This document shows positions 27,633 through 37,327 of a stretch of DNA of 64,000 nucleotides, in pieces. Location: positions 11,499 through 75,498 of IMG/VR virus record IMGVR_UViG_2579778703_000007; one strand, written 5' to 3'. The notes under the pieces were generated by a model. That model was not told the DNA's origin, made no database searches, and saw nothing but the letters and a program-made list of their open reading frames with translations. Numbering within the stretch: position 1 is the first letter of the stretch; the number at the start of each line of letters is the position of its first letter. Source of the DNA: a virus. Both the position numbers and the translations under genes were made by a program.

Positions 27633-30296
27633 TTACTCCATATCAGCGCTTTGACGCTGTAACGAACGGTCATCAAAGTTGAGAGGAATAGAGCCACTAG
27701 CCTTAGTGGATGACGCTGGCTTGTCTTTGCTTGAGCCACCGCTCGGCGCAGCAAAGATAGTGGTTGGTTTGGTTGCATCACTGCCGTTAACCGCGCGCCC
27801 AATGGCATCCAGTGAATGCTTGCTAAGTTCCACGGTTTGAGGCTTACCACTCTCTTTGAGGTCTTTCATCGCTGCCTGTGCTTGCAGCTCGCTAACTCGC
27901 TCATTGCGTTGGATGGATGATTGAGTTGCAACCGTCTTATTCGAGGTGTTTTCGGTATCCACTTTCACCACGGATGGCGTGTCCGTTTTCTGGTTACTTA
28001 GCTCGGTATTGATGGATGATTCATGGCTGGCCGTGGTCACGCTGTTGGTTTGCGTGTTGTTCGCTGCCTTGGTTAGAGCGGCTACAGCCTCGGCCTCTTT
28101 ACGGCGTTTGATCTCCGCATCGACGGCGGCAATTTGCTCGGCTTTCTTCTCTGGCGAGTAGACTTGGCCAAGGTCGGGATGCTCGACCATACCGGACATA
28201 TCCATGCCCGTTTCCTTGGCCACTTTCACACGTTTGTCCTGGCTATCTTGCTTTTCGCTTTTCACGGCAAGGTAAGCCTCTTTGTAGCTAATGCCTTGCT
28301 CGTTGGCCTTTTGCGCCACCTCTTGAGAGGTCACTTGATTTGAGTTTTTCGCATCAAGTTCGCGCATGGTTTTCTCGTCGCCGGACACTTTAGCTGTGTG
28401 GTAGGCTTCGGCGCTCTTGAGGTGTTCCTCTTTCTCTGGCTTGGCCTTTTTGTCGCTCTCAATCTCGCCGCCAAACAGCTTGTAAATGCCCTTGGCCATA
28501 TCGCCAGAATCAAAGGTCAACGCTTCCTTAGCACCATCAAAACCGAACGCCCCAAGCGCCGAACCAAGCAAACCAGCACCGCCACTGACTAGACCACTCA
28601 AATCAAGCACGTTCGCCAATGCCATTGAGCTTTTCTGGCCAGTTGTCGCCTCTTGGCCATCTTTGAGGTTGAACGTCTCTTTCTGCTTGTCTTTGTCAGT
28701 GAATCCGCTAAACGCATCGTAGGCCATTAAGGCCGGAGCAAGGAAAGGGATCGCCTTGCCAGCAACAGAGCCGATTTTAGACATACCTTTAAAGGCAGCA
28801 CCCGCCATCGATACGCCCTTGCTGGCCACGTTTGAGGCTTTGCTGCCAATGCCTGACATAACCGACTTGATTCGGCCACGTTTGCCACCCGCTTTACGGC
28901 CAGCACGGCCACGCCCACGGCGGTGTTCAAACATATCGCCAGCTAGGTCTAACAGACCGCCTTGGCCATCGTTCGCCGCTGCTTTGGTTGCCGAAATCAG
29001 ATCATCAAGCTTATCTAGCACATCATCGAACTGGCGTTCGCGGTCAGCACTGGCCTCGTGCAATACCTCAAGCATGTTCGCTCGGTAGGTTTGCTCTTTG
29101 GTGTTTTTGATCTCGCTAGCTGTGCTTATCCGGCTAGAATCGACCCCACCACGATTGACAGACACGTTACCCCTAGCACCATCACGGTTAGGTCGATCAC
29201 TAGGCGTAATTTGCGTTGAATGGCTTGTCTCGAACGAATCTTTTGTCGCTGATAGTTGTTCATGGCTAATTGTCTCTATGGCTGTAACGGCCTGACTGTC
29301 TGCCTCGGGCGCTTGTTTGCCTCGGGTAAAGAGTCGGCCTAGTTTCGATTCTTTTAGCTTGTCTTTGGTTGAGGTGGCTTTTTCGGTCACATCATCCAGT
29401 GCGGTTTTAGCGTCTTGGCCTAAGTGGTAAAGCTCTTTAGCGGAGTAGAAGAACGAACCACCAGCCGCAGCGCCAGCCGCATCGGTCGCGTCGTTTTCTT
29501 CCTGTAGGAACTCTTTCACGTTATTGATGGCCAGTTGCTTAAGGCTGGTGGCCACCTTGGCAAAAACGTTCTGGCTTTCCTTTTCCGTGTCGGTTTGCTT
29601 TTCAATCTGGCGCTCTAATGCCGTTTGCTGCGCGTTCTTGTAAGCCGATTGCTCTTGCTTACTCGCATAGCGGCCATCGGAGCGTCGAAGCTGGCCGTTA
29701 GCGTCTTCCCAATAGCCCTCAAACTCTGCCAGTGCGTCAGAGACAGCCTTTTCTAGCTTCTCTGGTACATTATCAAGGATTGAGGTATCCAAACGCTCAG
29801 AATTGGATTCTGGCGCTTCTACATTCACGACAACAGGCGCTTGTTTTACTGGTTCGCGCGCGTCCTCGTTTTTCAGTGTGTCAGCAATCGGCGTAACGCC
29901 ACTTACAGAGCTGCTTTGCTCGACCGCTTTAGCGTCCGGCTTGGCCTGTGTCTCTGCTGGCTGACTGGGCGCAAATGACAGCTCAATTTCACCTGTTCGC
30001 TTGGTCTTGGTTGAGCTGGATTTAGGCGTGTCACTGGTTTGTGATTTTAATCCTTTTTGTGGATTGTTGCTCGGAATGGTGGAGGCGTTAAAAGAGGCAT
30101 TGGAAACGCCCTTAGTCACCGCCTTTTCGATGCCTTTAGTATCTACAGCAAGGACAGCCTTTTTCTGGTTCGTTGGCAGCGTCTTACCATCGAGTTTACG
30201 ACTAATCTCAGATAGCACGGCCAGCTCTCTGTCACTGGCTCGCTTCACTGCATCAACAACCAGCGATAGATCGACCTCTTGTTGATTTTTGTCCAT
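27633..30296 (-). CDS. sit: Tape measure protein Sit
   Basis: 887 aa, helical Ala/Gly-rich, DAAGAAAGG; between pmgB and pmgA as in P1. Confidence 0.78.
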   Translation of the reverse strand: MDKNQQEVDLSLVVDAVKRASDRELAVLSEISRKLDGKTLPTNQKKAVLAVDTKGIEKAVTKGVSNASFNASTIPSNNPQKGLKSQTSDTPKSSSTKTKRTGEIELSFAPSQPAETQAKPDAKAVEQSSSVSGVTPIADTLKNEDAREPVKQAPVVVNVEAPESNSERLDTSILDNVPEKLEKAVSDALAEFEGYWEDANGQLRRSDGRYASKQEQSAYKNAQQTALERQIEKQTDTEKESQNVFAKVATSLKQLAINNVKEFLQEENDATDAAGAAAGGSFFYSAKELYHLGQDAKTALDDVTEKATSTKDKLKESKLGRLFTRGKQAPEADSQAVTAIETISHEQLSATKDSFETSHSTQITPSDRPNRDGARGNVSVNRGGVDSSRISTASEIKNTKEQTYRANMLEVLHEASADRERQFDDVLDKLDDLISATKAAANDGQGGLLDLAGDMFEHRRGRGRAGRKAGGKRGRIKSVMSGIGSKASNVASKGVSMAGAAFKGMSKIGSVAGKAIPFLAPALMAYDAFSGFTDKDKQKETFNLKDGQEATTGQKSSMALANVLDLSGLVSGGAGLLGSALGAFGFDGAKEALTFDSGDMAKGIYKLFGGEIESDKKAKPEKEEHLKSAEAYHTAKVSGDEKTMRELDAKNSNQVTSQEVAQKANEQGISYKEAYLAVKSEKQDSQDKRVKVAKETGMDMSGMVEHPDLGQVYSPEKKAEQIAAVDAEIKRRKEAEAVAALTKAANNTQTNSVTTASHESSINTELSNQKTDTPSVVKVDTENTSNKTVATQSSIQRNERVSELQAQAAMKDLKESGKPQTVELSKHSLDAIGRAVNGSDATKPTTIFAAPSGGSSKDKPASSTKASGSIPLNFDDRSLQRQSADME

Positions 30297-30451
30297 TTTT
30301 CACCTTGTCTTGGAGCGCTTTATCTAGGCTTATGGCCATCGTTTGAGGCGTTTTGAATACCGCATCGATAGGTTGGCCACCGTAGATCGTTAAGTTCTCA
30401 ATCAGTACGTTCCAACCAACGTAATCAAAACGTTGTAATGAAGTCGTTATT
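30253..30451 (-). CDS. Putative frameshift extension of PmgB (G/GT-type tail chaperone)
   Basis: +1 frame open from CCC TTT CGG to a stop inside the sit 5' end; no obvious own start or RBS. Confidence 0.5.
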
Positions 30452-31237
30452 CCGAAAGGGTAAGAGCAACGTTCGAGTTGCTTCACCTCCTTGCTCGATA
30501 ACTTTCTGGCATTGCGCAATGGTAGCGACTAGGTAATAGCGACCCTCATCGTACTTAGTGAGTAAGCCGTGACGCACATTGCGTAGGCACTTTTCAACCT
30601 TGGTAAAGGCCACACGAAATTCCGTGTTGAGGTACATCGATTTCAATAGGTCGATTTTCCACACTAGAGCATCGTCTTGGTCTTTCGGTTGTTCTTCGAA
30701 CGTTAGGCAGTAGGCCAGCTCAGTGAGCGCCATGCGGTTAGCTTGTTGCTTCCATTCAGCGCTGTCCGGTTCGTACTGGTCGCGCTCATTACGAATGTTC
30801 TCAAGTTGCTCCGCTTCGTAACCGGTTAGTGGTTTCACGTTCGCAAGGTATGGCTTGCCTTTCACGCTTAAGGTGATCTCTTGTTTTGGCAATCCATTGA
30901 GCGCTTTGGCCGATTCCATTAGCTCGCCCATATTGAGATCGAGATAGTGAGTTTCTTTGCAGTGCTCGCACTCATAACTAAATGGAATTGTGCCTAGCTC
31001 GCTGGTGGACATAAAAATCCACCACAACGCTGCACGGCGATCTTCACCAGTCCATAGGCCGCTATCACTCATAGGGCGCTTGCTGGTGTCTTGCATGTGG
31101 TTCAGATAGCGAGTTGTGTTGGCTTCCTCTTGGTACTCGTTGAGGTCGCAGAACAATAGAGCGTCTTCCACGGTTGGGACTCGAAACTCAATCACTTCTG
31201 AAATGTTACTTGGTAGTGGAAATGATGGAATGTGCAT
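30425..31237 (-). CDS. pmgB: PmgB tail/baseplate assembly protein
   Basis: FPLPS, WTGEDRR.ALWWIF, CEHC, ends LLPFR; synteny. Confidence 0.78.
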   Translation of the reverse strand: MHIPSFPLPSNISEVIEFRVPTVEDALLFCDLNEYQEEANTTRYLNHMQDTSKRPMSDSGLWTGEDRRAALWWIFMSTSELGTIPFSYECEHCKETHYLDLNMGELMESAKALNGLPKQEITLSVKGKPYLANVKPLTGYEAEQLENIRNERDQYEPDSAEWKQQANRMALTELAYCLTFEEQPKDQDDALVWKIDLLKSMYLNTEFRVAFTKVEKCLRNVRHGLLTKYDEGRYYLVATIAQCQKVIEQGGEATRTLLLPFRNNDFITTF

Positions 31238-31752
31238 TACAGTACCTTGTTACCTACAGACATAAATTTTTGGAGAATGAGCGGGAATGACTGGATCTGG
31301 TTGCCGTTTTCGCGTGAAAACATCACGTTGCCAATCTTGGTAGGAAAGACTTGATAGCTCTTATAGAGTGACTTTTTGCCGTCCTCGTTGAGCGTAAAAA
31401 TGTTGACCTTAAACACGTACTCTTTAGGGATGTTTAGTGTGCCGTCTTGGTTTCTGACTTTCTTGATTCGGTTTTCAAACCACTTGGAGATAGTCAGGTT
31501 TTGGTCATCACGAACCGTTAGCGTGATTTCACCAACGCTGCTGTATGTAGGCAGTGCAATAGAGCCCGAACCGACTTGGAATGAATCTGCATCGATAGAG
31601 CCAGCACCAAAATCAATATCCTTTACGTAAATATCAAAGTCCGTTGGCGCGTCCGGCGAGTCGATTTCTACCGCCCATTGCCAGCCTTGTAGCCACGGTT
31701 TATTCATAAAGTTATTGGTCGCGCGTTTGGCGAGCTGCATGTATGGATTCAT
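31237..31752 (-). CDS. tub: Tub (tube-fold baseplate/tail protein)
   Basis: QGWQWAVEI, KDIDFG, TVRDD, DGTLNIP; synteny. Confidence 0.78.
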   Translation of the reverse strand: MNPYMQLAKRATNNFMNKPWLQGWQWAVEIDSPDAPTDFDIYVKDIDFGAGSIDADSFQVGSGSIALPTYSSVGEITLTVRDDQNLTISKWFENRIKKVRNQDGTLNIPKEYVFKVNIFTLNEDGKKSLYKSYQVFPTKIGNVMFSRENGNQIQSFPLILQKFMSVGNKVL

Positions 31753-31763
31753 AGCAACCTCGC

Positions 31764-32324
31764 TTAGAGCAACGATACTGGTGGAACAATGGCACGGTTC
31801 GCGCGCATTGAGTTTTCAATCTCGGCTTTACGTGCGGCTAAGTCAGGTTCGGCAGCAATATCGGTCACATCCAACTTGCCAGCGATGGCAATACGGCGTT
31901 GACGCTCTGCGTTCGGGATAGTGATCAGCAATTCCAGATAGTCGCCAAGCAAGCTAATGCACGGCGTTGGAAGCTGGAACGAATCAAACGGCTCATTGAG
32001 TACGTTTTGCATGTACATCAATGTCAGTGGGAATGTTTCTGCGCCCGTTAATTTCAGTTCAAGAACGTTGCCCCAAACCTCGCTACGTACATAACGGCCA
32101 CGGTCATCTTTGACCACCAGCCTTGCAGCAAAGTCGGACGGTAATTCAAACTGATTGTTATCGGCTAAGTCGCTTTGGCGGATGCGGGTTTTAGTGGTAA
32201 ATCCGGCAATCTCTTGGTACTTGGCCAGCGCTTTACGCAGTAGGCTTAACAGCGCCTTTTCGTCGTCGTGTAGCAAGATAGGGAATCTCGCTTTCACGTC
32301 TTCGAGTAGTTCAATCGGTGTCAT
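31764..32324 (-). CDS. pmgC: PmgC head-tail adaptor-like protein
   Basis: MTPIELLEDVKARF, IPNAERQRR, GKLD; synteny. Confidence 0.78.
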   Translation of the reverse strand: MTPIELLEDVKARFPILLHDDEKALLSLLRKALAKYQEIAGFTTKTRIRQSDLADNNQFELPSDFAARLVVKDDRGRYVRSEVWGNVLELKLTGAETFPLTLMYMQNVLNEPFDSFQLPTPCISLLGDYLELLITIPNAERQRRIAIAGKLDVTDIAAEPDLAARKAEIENSMRANRAIVPPVSLL

Positions 32325-32655
32325 GGCCGCTCCGGTAGTGGCGGCGCATTTTGAGATAGAGGATAGGCTTGGTGAATCTTAACTCAAACCAATTAGGCAC
32401 GCGATTTAAACTTTGTTATTGTCGATGGACAACAAAGACCGAAACTCACTTTTGGACAAAGGCGAGTTTGACTGCCGCAAGCAAGTCTCTCTCAAAAAAG
32501 GCCGTTTGGCGGTATTGATTTATTGCTTAATGTTCCCAACTGTAAAACGTCGGAATCAAGATGAACCCTTTGTGATAAAATGCGTGTGAATAGATGATAT
32601 GAAAATTAATTTAAAATAAAGGTATATTTTTTTTAATTAATCTGTATAGTGGTCT

Positions 32656-32821
32656 TTGCTCTGACACAGAGTTGTTTCAAGATAAAATATATAGAAAGTT
32701 TTCCAGCGTCATCCCTAGCAAGTTTATCTCTGTAATCTCCTTAATGCTCTATCCTAAAATAATACCTATGTTCAGTGCACCTTAATTTTAATTTTATAAG
32801 GGGCATAATATGTCTAATCAA
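32656..32821 (+). repeat. csp leader region, copy 1 (about 165 bp)
   Basis: Near-identical to 33067-33232, including the RBS and first codons ATGTCTAATCAA. Confidence 0.85.
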
Positions 32822-33019
32822 GTAATTGGTACAGTAAAGTGGTTTAACGAAACTAAAGGTTTTGGTTTTATTTCTCAAGCAAATGGCGATGATTTATTTG
32901 TTCATTTCAGGAGCATTTTAGGTGATGGTTTTAAGAAGCTTATTGAAGGCGAACAGGTTTCCTTTACTGTAGGTAAAGGTCCTAAAGGCCTTCAAGCAGA
33001 AAATGTAACGACTATTTAG
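32810..33019 (+). CDS. Cold-shock protein (CspA family)
   Basis: [15 protein letters not shown] (RNP1), LFVHF (RNP2). Confidence 0.96.
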   Translation: MSNQVIGTVKWFNETKGFGFISQANGDDLFVHFRSILGDGFKKLIEGEQVSFTVGKGPKGLQAENVTTI

Positions 33020-33066
33020 TCTTACAATTGAATTTACACTGCCTCGTCATACGCCTGGCGAGGTAG

Positions 33067-33232
33067 TTGCTCTGACAAAGATTTGTTTCAAGATAAAATA
33101 TAAAGATAGTTTTCCAGCGTAATCCCTAGCAAGTTTCTCTCTGTAATCTCCTTAATTACCTATCCTAAAAATACTTATGTTCAGTGCACCTTAATTATAA
33201 TTTTTATAAAGGGGCATAATATGTCTAATCAA
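33067..33232 (+). repeat. csp leader region, copy 2
   Basis: Direct repeat of 32656-32821. Confidence 0.85.
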
Positions 33233-33376
33233 ATATTTAATAATGAGAATAGAAATAATAAAAACAAATCTATTCAAAATAAAGAAACATCAATACATAA
33301 AAAAACAAAGATGAATAGTCTTCTCCAAAGGATTGCTAATGGTGAGACTGGTGTTGTTTTGGAGGAATTACTTTGA
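33221..33376 (+). CDS. 51-aa orphan peptide behind the duplicated csp leader
   Basis: MSNQIFNNENRNNKNKSIQNKETSIHKKTKMNSLLQRIANGETGVVLEELL; same RBS and first four codons as the csp gene; below the ORF-track cutoff. Confidence 0.55.
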   Translation: MSNQIFNNENRNNKNKSIQNKETSIHKKTKMNSLLQRIANGETGVVLEELL

Positions 33377-33798
33377 AAAAGCATGGTAGAAAGAAGATCT
33401 GGTTTAAGTTAAAAAAGTGCGAATCATACACTAAAAAAATTTTATCATATTGAATGTAAGGTTTGTAAAAGGTTGCTCATAGAAAGACTATGCTCTTCAA
33501 CAGATGAGCTTTGGGAATCGCAACCACGAAATATCTGGGGCACACATCATATTATGACAAGTGGAACGTTAAGTTGCTTAAACTGTAGGGAGCGATGAAA
33601 CATACTCGTAGTGCTCAGGCTTGTGAGATGAGGTAATAGCCATTCTGTGATGGTTTTTTGCCGTCCATACTCCTTGATAATCAGTTGCTTGCCTAGTCAG
33701 CTTTTAGGGAGAAACCAAGTCAGTTCGAACGTTTAAGCGTGAAACAATGTTATATTGAAAGCGTCATACCACTACGTCTCCTCAAAAGGAATAGGACC

Positions 33799-33981
33799 AT
33801 GCCGACCTAAGTCACTTACTTCAACGCGAAACACGCCGTGATGGATAGCGAAGCTATCTTCATGAAAAGTCTAACGAACGCCAAGCGCTCAGCTGAACAT
33901 CATGCGCCAGAGGGTGCAATACTAATTGAGATTAGAGATTTAATGGATCAGATGCTAAGTCGAATGACGCTTGATGCTTGA
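33799..33981 (+). pseudogene. Possible small pseudogene
   Basis: AGGA RBS, ATG CCG ACC TAA, then the same frame stays open for about 56 codons. Confidence 0.3.
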
Positions 33982-34018
33982 TGATAGCTGGGTAGATAGC
34001 TGTGAAGGCTGACGTTGG

Positions 34019-34204
34019 TTAGCAATCATGATTCGTTTTTCGTAGTAGCCTTTGACACAGTTTGGCTTGTTTGTCTGACAAGACTTGCTCACGATTAAGT
34101 TGATCTCGTAAACCTGTCAGCATGTCTCGGTCCAAGTTGCTCAGCTTTTCGGAATGTAAGAGGAGTGTCGTATTGATAAGCTCAGAGAGGTTTCGTGAAC
34201 TCAT
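34019..34204 (-). CDS. Small hypothetical protein
   Basis: MSSRNLSEL...; ATGA overlap with the upstream 52-aa ORF. Confidence 0.5.
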   Translation of the reverse strand: MSSRNLSELINTTLLLHSEKLSNLDRDMLTGLRDQLNREQVLSDKQAKLCQRLLRKTNHDC

Positions 34205-34359
34205 AGTCCCCACTCTTTATCCCACTTTTTTTGTTCTTCAATCTCTTCTATGCGTTTGCGAACACCCATTTTTTTCAACTCTTCTGGTATCCGTTTAATC
34301 CCTTTCTGATTAATACTAAATTGCTTCTGCTTTTGTGTCGGTTTAGGTAACTTGCTCAT
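34201..34359 (-). CDS. 52-aa basic small protein
   Basis: MSKLPKPTQKQKQF...RKRIEEIEEQKKWDKEWGL; AGGA RBS; not in the ORF track. Confidence 0.55.
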   Translation of the reverse strand: MSKLPKPTQKQKQFSINQKGIKRIPEELKKMGVRKRIEEIEEQKKWDKEWGL

Positions 34360-34424
34360 ATATCATCCTATTGATGCTAAGAAAGATGATTTTATTCAGA
34401 TTAGAATAAAGCCATCTCAATTCA

Positions 34425-34625
34425 TTATCTCTTATTAATGTATCGTTCCGCGTTTGCAAAAATTTTATCGCATGCTTTTTTCTGTGCTAAATATTCTGAT
34501 GAACCTTCAGTCATAGAGTCGAGAATTTCTTTCGCTTCTTGATATTCTTTTACCATCGCAGCGAATCGTTCTTCGAAGTTGTTTTTCTGTGTTTTCTTGC
34601 TTGATTTTCTTACTGGCTTTCTCAT
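34425..34625 (-). CDS. Small hypothetical protein downstream of the second csp gene
   Basis: 66-aa helical ORF. Confidence 0.65.
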   Translation of the reverse strand: MRKPVRKSSKKTQKNNFEERFAAMVKEYQEAKEILDSMTEGSSEYLAQKKACDKIFANAERYINKR

Positions 34626-34632
34626 ATTGCTT

Positions 34633-34667
34633 CTTATCTTATCTTATCTTATCTTATCTTATCTTAT
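34633..34667. repeat. (CTTAT)7 pentanucleotide microsatellite
   Basis: Seven perfect copies, 7 nt upstream of the 34625 start codon. Confidence 0.92.
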
Positions 34668-34729
34668 CGAACCCAACATTTATTTTTATTCGTATTTCGA
34701 ACGTTCAGAATCTTTATTAAACATAAAGT

Positions 34730-34759
34730 AAAAAGTCTCCTCGACAGAAGAGACTTTTT
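34730..34759 (-). terminator. Terminator after the second csp gene
   Basis: AAAAAGTCTC-loop-GAGACTTTTT. Confidence 0.75.
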
Positions 34760-34768
34760 AGAAATATC

Positions 34769-34981
34769 TTACACTAACGTGACATTATCTGCTTGAGGGC
34801 CTTTGTTACCTTGTTCAACAACAAAAGAAACCTTTTGACCTTCAGATAATGTTTTGAAGCCTTCACTAACAATTGATTTGAAGTGAACAAATAGGTCAGA
34901 ACCGCCGTTATCAGGGGTGATAAATCCAAAACCTTTGGATTCATTAAACCATTTTACTAAGCCTGTTGATTTATTTGACAT
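34769..34981 (-). CDS. Cold-shock protein (CspA family)
   Basis: [26 protein letters not shown]; true start 34981 (ORF track over-extended). Confidence 0.96.
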   Translation of the reverse strand: MSNKSTGLVKWFNESKGFGFITPDNGGSDLFVHFKSIVSEGFKTLSEGQKVSFVVEQGNKGPQADNVTLV

Positions 34982-35441
34982 AATATATCTCGATACATTG
35001 ATTAAGTTAAAAAGAAAGCTACTAAATAAGGAATGAAGAAAAAGGTATCGCAGGATAAATATGACGAATTTAATCGAATAAAAACTGAGAAGATCTTGAA
35101 CTAAATATTTTACTAATAGCTCACCGTTTGAGCTTCTGACACTATACACTATATGAACATAATAGATATCTATTTCTTGATTGATTTTTATTGTCCATAA
35201 AATCAATGACATAAAAAGTGAAAGGTTGAATTGATATCAACAGCATCATTAAAAGTAATTATTGCAAAACAGATATTCGATACAAGCATGATCCCTATTT
35301 CTAACTTTGAATGGGGCATTTTTGTGTTACACGATCCGTCAGCACACTTCTGGATAAAAATGCGTTACGAAAAATCGAAGATTAGCAATTCATTAATAAC
35401 TCTTTGTAAGTCAAATATTGCCAGTTAATAAGCTTTCGTAT

Positions 35442-35470
35442 AGTACGCACTTTGGGCGCTTATGTTGAAT
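35442..35470 (+). other. dif-like XerC/XerD recombination site
   Basis: AGTACGCACTT-TGGGCGC-TTATGTTGAAT; the right arm is one mismatch from TTATGTTAAAT; 7-bp spacer. Confidence 0.6.
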
Positions 35471-35522
35471 GCGATTGCATATGCATATCCTATAAAATGT
35501 CTCTCTTTTGAGGGACAATTCA

Positions 35523-35888
35523 ATGAAGTATCACGAAATGACTAAAAACTATATTTTTCGTGAATTTGAATGTGGTTTAACCGTCGAAGAAGCTGCCAAA
35601 CTTTGTTTAAAAACTGTGAGAACGGTCAAAGAATGGGATAAAGGAAAATCTATTCCGCCAGAGTGTAAACGCTTGATGAGGATGAATAAGGGTAGGGAAT
35701 TGAGCTCTTGTGAAGATTGGAAAAACTTCGTAATGCGGCATGATCGCTTAGAGCTTCCAACTGGTCAGTTGGTTACTGCGCAGCAAGTGCTAATTGGTGT
35801 CGCCCTCCTAGAGTTAGGTGCTTCAAATGATATTAAGATAGCTCACAAAATCATAAAGTATGCTCGTGCGCTGAAAAAAATGGTGTAA
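35523..35888 (+). CDS. Vibrio filamentous-phage regulator (DUF3653/Vpf122-like HTH)
   Basis: MTKNYIFREFECGL.VEE.AKLC.K.VRTVK.WDKG..IPPECKRLMR, LELPTG. Confidence 0.8.
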   Translation: MKYHEMTKNYIFREFECGLTVEEAAKLCLKTVRTVKEWDKGKSIPPECKRLMRMNKGRELSSCEDWKNFVMRHDRLELPTGQLVTAQQVLIGVALLELGASNDIKIAHKIIKYARALKKMV

Positions 35889-35917
35889 AACAAAGGCTCC
35901 GCTCGGAGCCTTTGTTT
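35888..35917. terminator. Bidirectional terminator
   Basis: AAACAAAGGCTCC-GCTC-GGAGCCTTTGTTT between convergent genes. Confidence 0.8.
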
Positions 35918-35949
35918 AAAACAGAATTGCTTTGAAAGCTTTTATCCAG

Positions 35950-36231
35950 TTATTTCTTGACCACTTCTAAACGGTGGAACTCTTCATAAAGTCGTCCGTC
36001 CTCCATAAATGCTTGTTTACTCAATTGCTGAAATTGTTCAAGAGTATAATTCTTTTTAGGTGAGCTTCCCGTGTTCAGTTTGATATGAACTTGGGCGTTT
36101 TCTTCATCGACTGTTACTTCTAGGTTCTCGTCATCAAGTAAAGAAGTTAGAGATCCTGCTGAACAATTTAATGCCATTTCAAAATCTTCTTGTTCAGCGT
36201 GTTCATTTTTAAAAGCAGTTAAGATAAACAT
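35950..36231 (-). CDS. Hypothetical protein
   Basis: 93 aa; GGAG RBS. Confidence 0.65.
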   Translation of the reverse strand: MFILTAFKNEHAEQEDFEMALNCSAGSLTSLLDDENLEVTVDEENAQVHIKLNTGSSPKKNYTLEQFQQLSKQAFMEDGRLYEEFHRLEVVKK

Positions 36232-36240
36232 GAAAAGCTC

Positions 36241-36441
36241 CTAGTTGTTTTTCGATATCATTCTAGAACGCATATTGCCCAGTTCTTCAATTAGAATATC
36301 CAACTGCTCTAGAGGTGTGGCTATTGGATGATCTGTTACTGCATCACGAAGGTTTTCATGAGGATCTACATAAAAAAGTTGTGCTGTTACCATTTCGCGA
36401 TAACTTTCGTCATCCAGAGCTGACATTGAATGAATATCCAT
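36241..36441 (-). CDS. Hypothetical protein
   Basis: 66-aa acidic ORF; may start further upstream. Confidence 0.5.
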   Translation of the reverse strand: MDIHSMSALDDESYREMVTAQLFYVDPHENLRDAVTDHPIATPLEQLDILIEELGNMRSRMISKNN

Positions 36442-36558
36442 TGCTCTGATTGTTGTATTCAGTTCGACATAATAAGGTTTTTTTTCATAGTAATTACTCT
36501 GTATTTCTTTGCTTAGTGATTCAACAATATGTGGAGAGGCAAAATTGATGCAACCGTA

Positions 36559-37143
36559 TTAACGCATTTTCCTCAGCATTTCTGAGAATTCATGAACTGG
36601 AGCCCACTCGTAGCCTGCATACTTCTCTCCATCCCAAGAGAATTGAGGATGGGTAATCATCTTAGTAATAATAAAGTGATACTTTGTATAAAACTCTGCT
36701 AAAGAAATTTCTGTTCGTTCGTCCAAGGATTGCATTCGTCGATGATCTGCATGAGAAATACGATTACGAATAGTACGAAATTCTTGCCCAAATTCCGATG
36801 GCACCTCTTTTGGGAAGTGAGGGTTAAGTACACTTTCAACAGGGCGATAAAAATTCAGTAAGTTTTGTGCGACTTGATTCATTCTCTGGTCGAGTACGTC
36901 TGACGACAGCTTTCTTGTCTCTCCATCTCTAAACTTAAATATACCGATATAGTACTCATATAAACTTCTAAGCATATTCGAATATGCCAAATATGTCCTA
37001 ACCTCTAGGAAGCGTTCATTATGGATTCTCAACAACAGAGAACATTGCATGAACGTCTGATAGTTATCACTAGCGGAAAACAATTCTTGTCCTAAAGTAT
37101 CGGTTAGCTTCTTTCCAACATTATCTTCTGTTGTAAATTTCAT
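36559..37143 (-). CDS. Putative HEPN-domain protein
   Basis: All-helical 194 aa with the RNRISH (R-x4-H) motif; AT-rich. Confidence 0.6.
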   Translation of the reverse strand: MKFTTEDNVGKKLTDTLGQELFSASDNYQTFMQCSLLLRIHNERFLEVRTYLAYSNMLRSLYEYYIGIFKFRDGETRKLSSDVLDQRMNQVAQNLLNFYRPVESVLNPHFPKEVPSEFGQEFRTIRNRISHADHRRMQSLDERTEISLAEFYTKYHFIITKMITHPQFSWDGEKYAGYEWAPVHEFSEMLRKMR

Positions 37144-37327
37144 TGGAGCTTAGATCCTTCTTTGATGTCCAACATTTGTTAGATTCCTTTTAAGCCAGCC
37201 TATTCGTACATTGTGTCGAATCAATGACTAATTCTCAATAAATAAACGCTATAGTATCAATAGTATAATCCTGTTGCATATTTTTAATTATCTTAGCCCA
37301 ATAATATTTGAGTTGTGGGGGAATTTA

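Noticed and set aside
34982..35212. N-terminal extension of the second Csp
   Set aside because: AT-rich leader read in frame; the Csp fold starts at 34981
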